Shown piece after piece: positions 47,201-58,519 of a stretch of DNA of 59,062 nucleotides. Below the pieces are notes generated by a model that searched no databases, was not told the DNA's origin, and saw only the letters and a list, made by a program, of their open reading frames with translations. The DNA is from Macrostomum lignano (lineage: Eukaryota), in assembly GCA_002269645.1 (NCBI GenBank), contig NIVC01004124.1, positions 1-59,062 of the forward strand, in the 5' to 3' direction. Both the position numbers and the translations under genes were made by a program. How positions within the stretch are numbered: position 1 is the stretch's first letter; each line of letters starts with the position of its first letter.

Positions 47201-50052
47201 CAATAAGAAATCGGTCATTCAAGAATCGGTCATTCAAGAAATCGGTCATTCAAGAATCGGTCATTCAAGAAATCGGTCATTCAAGAAATCGGTCATTCAA
47301 GAAATCGGTCATTCAAGAAATCGGTCATTCAAGAAATCGGTCATTCAAGAATCGGTCATTCAAGAAATCGGTCATTTAAGAAATCGGTCATTCATGAAAT
47401 CGGTCATTCAAGAAATCGGTCATTCAAGAATCGGTCATTCAAGAAATCGGTCATTCAAGAAATTGGTCATTCAAGAATCGGTCATTCAAGAATCGGTCAT
47501 TCAAGAAATTGTCATTCAAGAATCGATCATTCAAGAAATCGATCATTCAAGAAATCGGTCATTCAAGAAATTGGTCATTCAAGAAATCGGTCATTCAAGA
47601 AATTGGTCATTCAAGAAATCGGTCATTAATCAGGCTACCAAGTCACAGACCTGAGCCCGCATGCAGCGGATGAGCAGGCGCGGACACCGGACAGACTGGC
47701 TAGCCGACAGGCAGACGGATAGGCTGTCCGAATAAGAATAGAATGTCACGGACAGCCGGACGGGCTCGGACGCGGGGAACCAGAAGCAGACGCCGTCAAC
47801 CGGACAGCCGTCCAGCCACAGCGGGCCGGCCGGGCCGGGCAGGCACAGCGCCAAGCAGCTGGCCCTGTCCGTGTGCAGCCGGACAGCCCGGCTGGCCAAG
47901 CCGGCCGGCAGAGCGCAGAACATCAGCGAGTCCACCAGGCGGACAGCGCGAAACCGGGCCTCGGCTCGGAGTTCGGCGAGGCGAGCCCGAAGCTGCCAGA
48001 GCTGCGGCAGCATGCCTTCGACGCTGACTGGCAGCCGCACAGTGGACAGCGCGTAGCGACTGCCCAGGCGGCCGGCGGCCTCGCCACCGCCAAGGTCGAC
48101 AGCCAGGGCGGCGCGGCAGTCGGGCGGGTGCGGCAGGCCCAGCAGCTGATTGTAGGAGCGCAGCGCCCCGGTCAGCAGCAGCAGGCAGGCATCATTAAGG
48201 CTGGTCCGAGTCACCTGGCGGACGCGCCACACCTGGCGGGCGTCGAGACTCGCCCGAAGCTGCGCCGGCCGCCGCCGCCTGGCCAACCTCTGCGGGCCGC
48301 CGTGCAGTGGGTTGCAGTCCGGCCGGCCCAGCAGGTAGTGCAGCAGCAGCACCGATGGCGCCAGGAAGAGGCAGCGGGCCTCCTCGAGCAGGCCGGCCGC
48401 TGTGACTCCGGGCTGCTGCGCCGCCGCTGCCGAGGTTGCTGCCGAATTTGTCGCCAACGTGGACGCCACATCGTGTGCTGGCGAGTCGCAGAGAGCGCCG
48501 GACAGCAAGCGGGTCATGCTGAGGCCGTCGGCGAAGCTCGGGTGCTGCCTGTAGACCAGCAGGGCGTCGCCCGCCGAACCGTAGGCGGCCTGGAACTGCA
48601 GCTCCAGAGCGGGCGGTCGCGCGCGAACGGGCGAGCCGTCGCCGAGGCCAAGAAGGCGGACAGGTCGGCGGGGCCGCGCAGTCGCGGTTGGATCTCGCGG
48701 ACATGATCATCTAAGCTGAAGGTGGTGTCGGTTGCCCAAACTGGGCCTGCGCAGGTGTCCTGCAATCGGTAATATAGGTGGTAGAAAAGGTTTAAAAAAG
48801 TTTCTAACACACTGAAACCATCGTATTCTTTCCGCCACCCAACTCCCCCTGGAAACCGCCTCACTCCTCCTGCACAGCCACTCTCACTCCTCCTGCACAG
48901 CCACCTCACTCCTCCTGCACAGCCACCTCACTCCTCCTGCACAGCCACTCTCACTCCTCCTGCACAGCCACCTCACTCCTCCTGCACAGCCACCTCACTC
49001 CTCCTGCACAGCCACCTCACTCCTCCTGCACAGCCACCTCACTCCTCCTGCACAGCCACCTCACTCCTCCTGCACAGCCACCTCACTCCTCCTGCACAGC
49101 CACCTCACTCCTCCTGCACAGCCACCTCACTCCTCCTGCACAGCCACCTCACTCCTCCTGCACAGCCACCTCACTCCTCCTGCACAGCCACCTCACTCCC
49201 CCTGGAAACCCCCCACTCCCCCTACACAGCCACCCCACTCCTCCTGCACAGCCACCTCACTCCCCGTACACAGCCACCTCGCTCCCCCTGCACAGGCAAC
49301 CAGCCGTCCCAACAGACCTCGACACGCTGGCTAAATCTTGGATAGCGCCTCTCGCCAGATTTATCCTCGGCGCCGATCACTCGCTGGCCGACCAGCTGAC
49401 GCAGCCGAGCCAGCGTCAGACCGCCGCCGGTACTGCCGCCGTTATTTCGCACGTCCAGTCGAGCTACAACGGCTCTGGCGTCCCGGCGGAACCAGGCGAG
49501 CTCCCTGTGGCTCAGCGGAGTCTTGCCGAACGCGCCGGCAGCTAGTCGGAGGCAGGCCAGCGGCAGGCAGGCCATGCAGGCCAGCGCCAGCAGCGGCAGG
49601 CAGAGGAGCGACAGACCGGCGTAGCGCAGCACCCAGCTGCAGAGCTCGGCTGCCGGGTTCTGCTCGGTGGGGTGCCGGACGCTGCACGGCTCGGACAGAG
49701 TCGGGTAGTGCAGCCCGAGCCCGCCGCCGTTCATCAGCTCCTCTTCCTCCTCGGCGTCCTCCTCGTCGTCAATTTCTTCGTCGGCTTCGTCCTCCTCGGC
49801 GACGTAGGTCTCCAAGTCATCCTCGCCGAGCTCTGCAGGATCTGTTGTCTCCGCCGCCACCGCCGCCGCTGCCGCCGCCGTCTCGCCGTCCAGCTGGTCA
49901 ACTTCGTCAACGAATTCTTGTTGAAGACGGCGATGTTGATAAGGAGCTCCTCCTCCACCGGCGCCGTTGATCCGCTCCGGCTCTGTCCACAATGGTTTTG
50001 TCGCGTCGACAGTCGAATCCGACGCCGATGCGGCCGACGCTAGACGGGACAT
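44273..50052 (-). CDS. WS/DGAT-family (wax ester synthase/diacylglycerol acyltransferase) protein, ~842 aa, with acidic N-terminus, hydrophobic helix and long C-terminal tail
   Basis: Exons 50052-49318, 48759-47651, 44956-44273, both junctions phase 0 (RVE|DTC; RAQ|AAA). Motifs: RYPRFSQRV, FSLDDHV, PFARDRPLW(E), LVYRQHPSFADGLS (HHxxxDG-like), TSLNDACL, RLGSRYALSTVRLP, LPGPAGPLWLDG, LSVTFYSYSDSLSV. Frameshift at 48604-48605, repaired by one extra G. Confidence 0.85.
45055..45420. repeat. 66-bp tandem repeat, ~5.5 copies, in WS/DGAT intron 2
   Basis: AGCTGATTGG recurs at 45121 and 45187. Confidence 0.93.
46272..46622. repeat. 21-bp minisatellite ATACCTGTCCTATGCAACATT
   Basis: About 16 copies. 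Confidence 0.95.
47193..47628. repeat. 16-bp minisatellite GAAATCGGTCATTCAA
   Basis: About 27 copies, beginning ~20 nt from the donor at 47650. Confidence 0.95.
48860..49290. repeat. 22-bp minisatellite CACTCCTCCTGCACAGCCACCT
   Basis: About 18 copies filling WS/DGAT intron 1. Confidence 0.95.
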
Positions 50053-51039
50053 CCGACTCGGCCGCCGCCGCGGTGCCTGTCGAGCTGCCCGTCAGCGTCG
50101 GGCATCGACAGTAGAGAGACGAGAAGAAGGCAGATTGGCGCCGGCAACCCAAGGCCGATCGGCTGAACTTTGTTGAATCTGAGCTGGCTGGGAGATTCCG
50201 GGACTTGGAGAGAGCGAAATCTTGCCTTGCCTCTACGCTCGTAGTTGAATTGGGATAAAACGCGTTTCTTTTGCTGGGGAGTTTGCTAGGAAGCGAAGGA
50301 GGATGAGGAAGCAGCGGGCCGAAGGGAAAAGTGTGTCGGAGCTGGGGAGATGCTGGGAGATGAAGCAGAGGATGAGGAGACGAAGGGGAAGAGAAGACGC
50401 TGGGATATCTGGGAGAAATGATGCCGCGCGTAGGGCGGAGAGGAAACGGCTGGGGGTCGCCGGGGGGGGGGGGTCGGTTGATGCAGAGCCAGGCAGAGAG
50501 AGAGGCGGGGGTGGCTGGTGTACGAAAAACACAAGTCGAGCTTAGGACTGCGGGGGAGGGCGGGGAGGTCGTGAGGGAGGGCTGGGGTAGCGCCAGGGGG
50601 TCAATTTGCATGTCGCATCCCCACGGCTCCCTGTTCCACCGCATGGCAAGCGGGAGGCACACACGCAGGGGCAGTCCCTCTTCCTCCCTCACCTCATCCT
50701 CCAGTTCCGCATCAACTGGAGAAACCAATGGGTGCGCATGGAGGGCTGGAGGTCCCTGCCTGGCTGGGTGGGGGAGGGGTATGGCGTGATCTGTGCGGGC
50801 TACGGTCTTGGTTGTGTATCCGTTATACGCCACTCACTAGCCACTCCATGGGATCCACAGGCTGCGCCTCCGTTAGCTGCCTATGTTGCTTGCTCTGCAA
50901 CTCAATCTCGCTCACTTGGGCATTCTGTCAGTCAGTCAGCTGCCACCCCACATAAAATTGCAGCGCGTGGCGCATTTGATCGGCTTGTCTGGCTTTAGGA
51001 ACTATAGCTGGACTGCGTTAATTCTAATCACTCGTAGGC

Positions 51040-51490
51040 TAGCAATCCATCATCCTTGTTGAGTAGGTTAAGAAATCATCAAACTCGTTGGCTAGATTAG
51101 CAATCCATCAAACTCGTTGGCTAGATTAGCAATCCATCATTCCAGTTGGCTAGATTAGCAATCCATCATTCCAGTTGGCTAGATTAGCAATCCATCATAG
51201 ATGTAGGCTAGATTAGCTATCTATTCTAATCCATCATCCTAGTTGACTAGTTTAGCAATCCATCATAGATGTAGGCTAGTTTAGCAATCCATCATAGATG
51301 TAGGCTAGATTAGCTATCTATTCTAATCCATCATCCTAGTTGACTAGATTAGCAATCCATCATAGATGTAGGCTAGATTAGCAATCCATCATAGATGTAG
51401 GCTAGATTAGCTATCTATTCTAATCCATCATCCTAGTTGACTAGATTAGCAATCCATCGTATATGTAGGCTAGTTTAGCAATCCATTCCA
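51040..51490. repeat. ~29-bp minisatellite with core GGCTAGATTAGCAATCCATCA and higher-order units
   Basis: Directly visible. Confidence 0.9.
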
Positions 51491-52409
51491 ACCAATTAAA
51501 CATGCTCTAGTTCCCTCTTCAATTAGGAAATATTGCATGTGAAGGACAGTTAAAATCAAAATTGGAAATTTCACCCGGAACTTTGCTTGCCTGCCGGTTT
51601 CTGATGGCATTTCATAGAAAAATTGTTTAGTAAAATTGTGAGGGTGGGATATTAGGAATTCAGGGCTAAGAAACAGAAAATTCATAATCTCGGCAGTGCA
51701 TTTTGCAGCAGAAAACCACCCCCAGCGCAATCTGCACGGCTTGCGAGTGTAGTGATCTTCTGCTTCTGCGAAATTTTTTTTATATTGCATATACGAGTAT
51801 TGTATTTTTATTGCAGCTTTACTGCGTACTGCAAATTTAAATACATTTGCCCCAACGATACTACTATCTGCAGAAAGTAGAGTAGTGTGATTTTAGCTAG
51901 TAATATTTTTTCAAGCTTTCAAATTCGGTTTTTCGAAAAAAAATCAACCGATTTTGTCGAGACACGGTTCGCCAAATACCGTTGACCTCGGTTACTATAG
52001 CAACGGCTGTTTATTTTGCCAGACAACGACAATGGGCATGTTAACAATCTGTATTTAAATAATCAGATTGCTTGCAGTTCGTGTTCCAATTCTACAAAAA
52101 AGCACGGCAGCAAATGAGTGCTATCAGGTTCTGTTTCCAGATTCAAATTTGCACAGCTTCATCTAGTTGTCTTGAGTTTGAACACCTGAGAACAGCTCCG
52201 TGCCGATCACACGGTCCATCCGACGGTCTGAAATCTATTGACAGTTTTAACACTATGCGATTGAGCCTGGTGTGGGTTTTTCTTAGAAAAAAACTGACAA
52301 ATTGTCAGTGGCTTGCGAGTATCTTATTTCAAGGTTCGATCTTGAGTTGTCTGATTAGGCTGCAGAGAAGTTTTTTACTCGCAGTTTGAAAACCTGTGTG
52401 CCATCTCTG

Positions 52410-53320
52410 GAGGTTGCTGATGGGACTGTGGGGGTCACTGGAGGTTGCTGATGGGACTGTGGGGGTCACTGGTGGTTGCTGATGGGACTGTGGGGTCAAT
52501 TGTGGTTGCTGATGGGACTGTGGGGTCAATTGTGGTTGCTGATGGGACTGTGGGGTCACGAGTGGTTGCTGAGAGGACTGTGGGGTCACTGGTGGTTGAT
52601 GAGAGGATTGTGGGGTCACGGGTGGTTGCTGAGAGGACTGTGGGGTCACGAGTGGTTGCTGAGAGGACTGTGGGGTCACTGGTGGTTGCTGAGAGGACTG
52701 TGGGGTCACGGGTGGTTGCTGAGAGGACTGTGGGGTCACGAGTGGTTGCTGAGAGGACTGTGGGGTCACGAGTGGTTGCTGAGGGGACTGTGGGGTCACG
52801 AGTGGTTGCTGAGAGGGCTGTGGGGTCACGGGTGGTTGCTGAGGGGACTGTGGGGTCACGAGTGGTTGCTGAGGGGACTGTGGGGTCACTGGTGGTTGAT
52901 GAGAGGATTGTGGGGTCACGAGTGGTTGCTGAGAGGACTGTGGGGTCACGAGTGGTTGCTGAGAGGACTGTGGGGTCACTGGTGGTTGATGAGAGGATTG
53001 TGGGGTCACGGGTGGTTGCTGAGAGGACTGTGGGGTCACGAGTGGTTGCTGAGAGGACTGTGGGGTCACGAGTGGTTGCTGAGGGGACTGTGGGGTCACG
53101 AGTGGTTGCTGAGAGGGCTGTGGGGTCACGAGTGGTTGCTGAGAGGACTGTGGGGTCACTGGTGGTTGATGAGAGGATTGTGGGGTCACGGGTGGTTGCT
53201 GAGAGGACTGTGGGGTCACGAGTGGTTGCTGAGGGGACTGTGGGGTCACTGGTGGTTGATGAGAGGATTGTGGGGTCACGGGTGGTTGCTGAGGGGACTG
53301 AGGGGTCACTGGTGTGGGCT
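52410..53320. repeat. 30-bp minisatellite GTGGTTGCTGAGAGGACTGTGGGGTCACGA
   Basis: About 30 copies. Confidence 0.96.
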
Positions 53321-53329
53321 GAGGAGGTT

Positions 53330-53447
53330 CCTGGTCTCTCCTGGTCTCTCCTGGTCTCTCCTGGTCTCTCCTGGTCTCTCCTGGTCTCTCCTGGTCTCTC
53401 CTGGTCTCTCCTGGTCTCTCCTGGTCTCTCCTGGTCTCTCCTGGTCT
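53330..53447. repeat. 10-bp tandem repeat CTGGTCTCTC
   Basis: About 12 copies abutting the 30-bp array. Confidence 0.95.
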
Positions 53448-53939
53448 CAGGCAGTGCGATGAGTGTCTGGATGCAGATTTTCCGCAATGAGGCTCAGAAA
53501 TAATTATGGCTGATAGAAGTGCAAACTGCTCCTGCAGAGCAACGCTGCACACTGACAAAAGAATTTATACAGATATTGCTAAATTTACGAGCGTATATTG
53601 GTAAATTCAATTATCACATTTCGCTTCACGCCTCAGCTCGCTGTCCTCTGACGGTGTCGCGAATGTTTATTCCGGTCTGCAATCCCGAAAAAATCCCATC
53701 GCAGTGGCCATTTCGTTGATGAATTAGTAACGCGAATAAGGGCTGGCAGTCAATCACTATTTCTAGGAATTCTGGCATTGCAATCGGCCTCTATAGCGGA
53801 TTGAGCCTCAATTGAAAAGGCTGAGTCCGTTCTAATCTGTGAGGGATTAGGTGGTTCATTTTTGCGAACTCCTAGCAGATTATTTCGGAGGGATTCGGAA
53901 TACTGGAGCGCTGGCACTTCGGCAGTGTAGGTGAAATCA

Positions 53940-55108
53940 GGGTGGGTAGATCTCGGGTGAGACTGTGGGTAGATCTCAGGTGAGATTGTGGGTAGATCTC
54001 GGGTGAGACTGTGGGTAGATCTCAGGTGAGATTGTGGGTAGATCTCGGGTGAGACTGTTGGTAGATCTCAGGTGAGATTGTGGGTAGATCTCGGGTGAGA
54101 CTGTGGGTAGATCTCAGGTGAGATTGTGGGTAGATCTCGGGTGAGACTGTGGGTAGATCTCAGGTGAGATTGTGGGTAGATCTCGGGTGAGACTGTGGGT
54201 AGATCTCGGTAGAGATTACGGGTAGATCTCGGGTGAGACTGTGGGTAGATCTCGGGTGAGATTGTGGGTAGATCTCGGGTGAGACTGTGGGTAGATCTCA
54301 GGTGAGATTGTGGGTAGATCTCGGGTGAGAGTGTGGGTAGATCTCGGGTGAGAGTGTGGGTAGATCTCGGTAGAGATTACGGGTAGATCTCGGGTGAGAG
54401 TGTGGGTAGATCTCGGGTGAGAGTGTGGGTAGATCTCGGGTGAGAGTGTGGGTAGATCTCGGGTGAGAGTGGGTAGATCTCGGTAGAGATTACGGGTAGA
54501 TCTCGGGTGAGAGTGTGGGTAGATCTCGGGTGAGATTGTGGGTAGATCTCGGTAGAGGTTGCGGGTAGATCTCGGGTGAGAGTGTGGGTAGATCTCGGGT
54601 GAGAGTGTGGGTAGATCTCGGGTGAGAGTGTGGGTAGATCTCGGGTGAGAGTGTGGGTAGATCTCGGGTAAGAGTGTGGGTAGATCTCGGGTGAGAGTGT
54701 GGGTAGATCTCGGGTGAGAGTGTGGGTAGATCTCGGGTGAGAGTGTGGGTAGATCTCGGGTGAGAGTGTGGGTAGATCTCGGGTGAGAGTGTGGGTAGAT
54801 CTCGGTAGAGATTACGGGTAGATCTCGGGTGAGACTGTGGGTAGATCTCGGGTGAGATTGTGGGTGGGATCGCAGGTGAGATTGTGGGTGAGATCGCAGG
54901 TGAGAGTTTGGGTGAGATCTCAGGTGTGAGTGTGGGTGAGATCGCAGGTGAGAGTGTGAGTGAGATCTCAGGTGAGAGTGTGGGTGAGATCTCAGGTGAG
55001 AGTGTGGGTGAGATCGCAGGTGAGAGTGTGGGTGAGATCTCAGGTGAGAGTGTGGGTGAGATCTCAGGTGAGAGTGTGCGTAGATCTCAGGTGTGAGTGT
55101 GGGTGAGA
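53940..55108. repeat. 23-24-bp minisatellite GTGGGTAGATCTCGGGTGAGAGT
   Basis: About 50 copies. Variants alternate in the first part (46-bp period) and drift to a 24-bp form at the end. Confidence 0.96.
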
Positions 55109-55337
55109 TAGGCTAGTTCCATAAAGACCATTAAGAAAATCCCACAGCAAAGAGGGAAGGACCCGGAAGCGATGTCTTTCAATGGACCGCGCAATTCCAC
55201 GCGAATCTGATTGGCCGACGCAGATAAGGCGGGTTCCAATAAGCATTGCAGCTACAAAACTGACAATCTGTTCTCGCTGCTTGACTCTCAGCCCACATCG
55301 CTCCCGATTCTAGCTTACCGAGCAGTCACTGAAGCAT

Positions 55338-55593
55338 ATGGAGAACCTGACTCTGCCTGCGGTGCCGTTCTGGGAGGTGAAGCTCAGCACAGAAGTTCTG
55401 GTGGTCATCACAGCGGCCTATGCCCTAGAGTTCCTATTGTCTCTGATTGGCAACTTCGTTGTCATAGCAACCGTGTATCGTATACCATCGATGCACACAA
55501 CTATAAATTATTTTATCTGCAATTTGAGCACAGCGGACATTCTAATGGCGATTTTCTGCCTGCCGCTGAACAACATCTCCAACGCGTTCTCCA
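55338..55593 (+). CDS. First coding exon of a rhodopsin-family (class A) GPCR, neuropeptide-receptor-like (TM1-TM2)
   Basis: MENLT (N-glycosylation sequon) ... LLSLIGNFVVIATV (TM1 GN) ... MHTTINYFICNLSTADILMAIFCLP (TM2 NLxxAD). Donor A|GTGAGT at 55593/55594. No downstream exon recognised in the window. Confidence 0.85.
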
Positions 55594-55770
55594 GTGAGTC
55601 TGTGCAAATTGTTTTGTGCATTAACTGTGGGACTTTGTAAGCAACATCTCGACGTGATCAAGATTTTTGTCTGAGAACTCGGTCAACTGAAGCAGAAGAT
55701 CGCTACACTGGCAAATCGTGCGAATTCCCTAGACGCTGCGAAATGCATTTTTTGCAATTGAATTCCCTAA

Positions 55771-55901
55771 CTTAAGCGACATTGTCACACAACCGGCGAG
55801 AGGCATAACTGCCCATTCCGCTGACTCCCCTGAGCACAGTGAGCAGGCACACACTCACACAGGAGTGTACAGCGGCCATAACTTTATTTATCGGTAGGCA
55901 C
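55771..55901 (-). mobile_element. SINE family B 3' fragment in GPCR intron
   Basis: Reverse complement matches the family B 3' half (GATAAATAAAGTTATGGCCGCTGTACACTCC ... GCGGAATGGGCAGTTATGCCTCTCGCCGG). Confidence 0.75.
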
Positions 55902-55979
55902 TAGCAAGCAGCGCCCCCCGTTGGGGACCCAAAAAAGAATGGAATAAAACTTTTGAATAAACTACATGTAGCTTCCGAC

Positions 55980-57098
55980 CTCTAAGCCTTGACATCTCAT
56001 CAATTCCCCCTGTAAGCCTTGACATCTCATCAATTCCCCCCTGTAAGCCTTGACATCTCATCAATTCCCCCTGTAAGCCTTGACATCTCATCAATTCCCC
56101 CTGTAAGCCTTGACATCTCATCAATTCCACCCAGTAAGCCTTGACATCTCAGCAATTCCCCCCTGTAAGCCTTGACATCTCATCAATTCCCCCCTGTAAG
56201 CCTTGACATCTCATCAATTCCCCCCTGTAAGCCTTGACATCTCATCAATTCCCCCCTGTAAGCCTTGACATCTCAGCAATTCCCCCCTGTAAGCCTTGAC
56301 ATCTCATCAATTCCCCCCTGTAAGCCTTGATATCTCAGCAATTCCCCCCTGTAAGCCTTGACATCTCAGCAATTCCCCCTGTAAGCCTTGACATCTCAGC
56401 AATTCCCCCTGTAAGCCTTGACATCTCAGCAATTCCCCCCTGTAAGCCTTGACATCTCAGCAATTCCACCCAGTAAGCCTTGACATCTCAGCAATTCCCC
56501 CCTGTAAGCCTTGACATCTCAGCAATTCCCCCCTGTAAGCCTTGACATCTCAGCAATTCCCCCTGTAAGCCTTGACATCTCAGCAATTCCACCCAGTAAG
56601 CCTTGACATCTCAGCAATTCCACCCAGTAAGCCTTGACATCTCAGCAATTCCACCCGGTAAGCCTTGACATCTCATCAATTCCCCCTGTAAGCCTTGACA
56701 TCTCATCAATTCCCCCCTGTAAGCCTTGAGATCTCATCAATTCCCCCCTGTAAGCCTTGACATCTCAGCAATTCCACCCGGTAAGCCTTGACATCTCAGC
56801 AATTCCACCCGGTAAGCATTGACATCTTAGCAATTCCACCCGGTAAGCCTTGACATCTCAGCAATTCCCCCTGTAAGCCTTGACATCTCAGCAATTCCAC
56901 CCGGTAAGCCTTGACATCTCAGCAATTCCACCCGGTAAGCATTGAAATCTTAGCAATTCCACCCGGTAAGCCTTGACATCTCAGCAATTCCCCCTGTAAG
57001 CCTTGACATTTCAGCAATTCCCCCTGTAAGCCTTGACATCTCAGCAATTCCACCCGGTAAGCCTTGACATCTCAGCAATTCCCCCCAGTAAGCCTTGA
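55980..57098. repeat. 30-31-bp minisatellite GTAAGCCTTGACATCTCAGCAATTCCCCCT
   Basis: About 36 copies, in the GPCR intron. Confidence 0.96.
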
Positions 57099-57283
57099 CT
57101 GCGGAACTTGCAGGAACTATCCATTCTCTCTCGAATCGCTTAATGTGTCAATCTACAATTCAATTCAATTGATATTGAGTTAAAAACTCAACTATCTGCT
57201 ATCTTTGCCTTTAATAAGATTCCTAAGAAAGTGCCTCGCTACTAGGGGAGAAGGGGCGCCCTATAAAGTGCGCACTATCATAG

Positions 57284-57778
<495 letters not shown>

Positions 57779-57824
57779 TAAAGTAGGCAAAAGTGACGTC
57801 ACTAAAAGACTTACAAATAGAAGT

Positions 57825-58201
57825 CTTCTCAGTCTCAGCCTTCTCAGTCTCAGCCTTCTCAGTCTCAGCCTTCTCAGTCTCAGCCTTCTCAGTCTCAGCC
57901 TCTCAGTCTCAGCCTTCTCAGTCTCAGCCTTCTCAGTCTCAGCCTTCTCAGTCTCAGCCTTCTCAGTCTCAGCCTTCTTAGTCTCAGCCTTCTCAGTCTC
58001 AGCCTTCTCAGTCTCAGCCTTCTCAGTCTCAGCCTTCTCAGTCTCAGCCTTCTCAGTCTCAGCCTTCTCAGTCTCAGCCTTCTCAGTCTCAGCCTTCTCA
58101 GTCTCAGCCTTCTCAGTCTCAGCCTTCTCAGTCTCAGCCTTCTCAGTCTCAGCCTTCTCAGTCTCAGCCTTCTCAGTCTCAGCCTTCTCAGTCTCAGCCT
58201 T
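57825..58201. repeat. 15-bp minisatellite TTCTCAGTCTCAGCC
   Basis: About 25 copies. Confidence 0.96.
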
Positions 58202-58519
58202 TCGGAACGAATCACCGGCAGCGCCTCTGCTTTTTCTAAGCCGCTTTCTGCGGGCCTCCCCTTCAATTTGTGCTTCGCTCTTCATCTTCTAATAATCTGC
58301 TTTTGCCCAAACGCGAGCACCGAATTCGGACAAAGCAATTAGGGCCCTCCTGGACAAAGGCCTGCAGTGCCATTCGTGTTGCTCTAGAATCTGCTTTTAG
58401 AAGAAAAACCGGGAAAAACACTTTGAGTCCGAGCTCGACAGCTGATTTTGACAGCAAAGAGCACCTGCAAAATTTAATATTAGTTTTTTGCACAAGTGCC
58501 CCTGCACTGATAGGGTCTG

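Noticed and set aside
26086-50052. PLD and WS/DGAT as a lipid-pathway gene cluster
   Set aside because: The biochemical link is plausible, but they are just two convergent neighbours with no evidence of co-regulation or conserved synteny.
37448-50052. Long antisense ORFs over PLD and WS/DGAT exons
   Set aside because: Expected shadows of GC-rich coding sequence.
52329-53558. Mucin-like PVTPQSSQQ and related ORFs in four frames
   Set aside because: A 30-bp unit is open in several frames on both strands; there is no signal peptide or other coding evidence.
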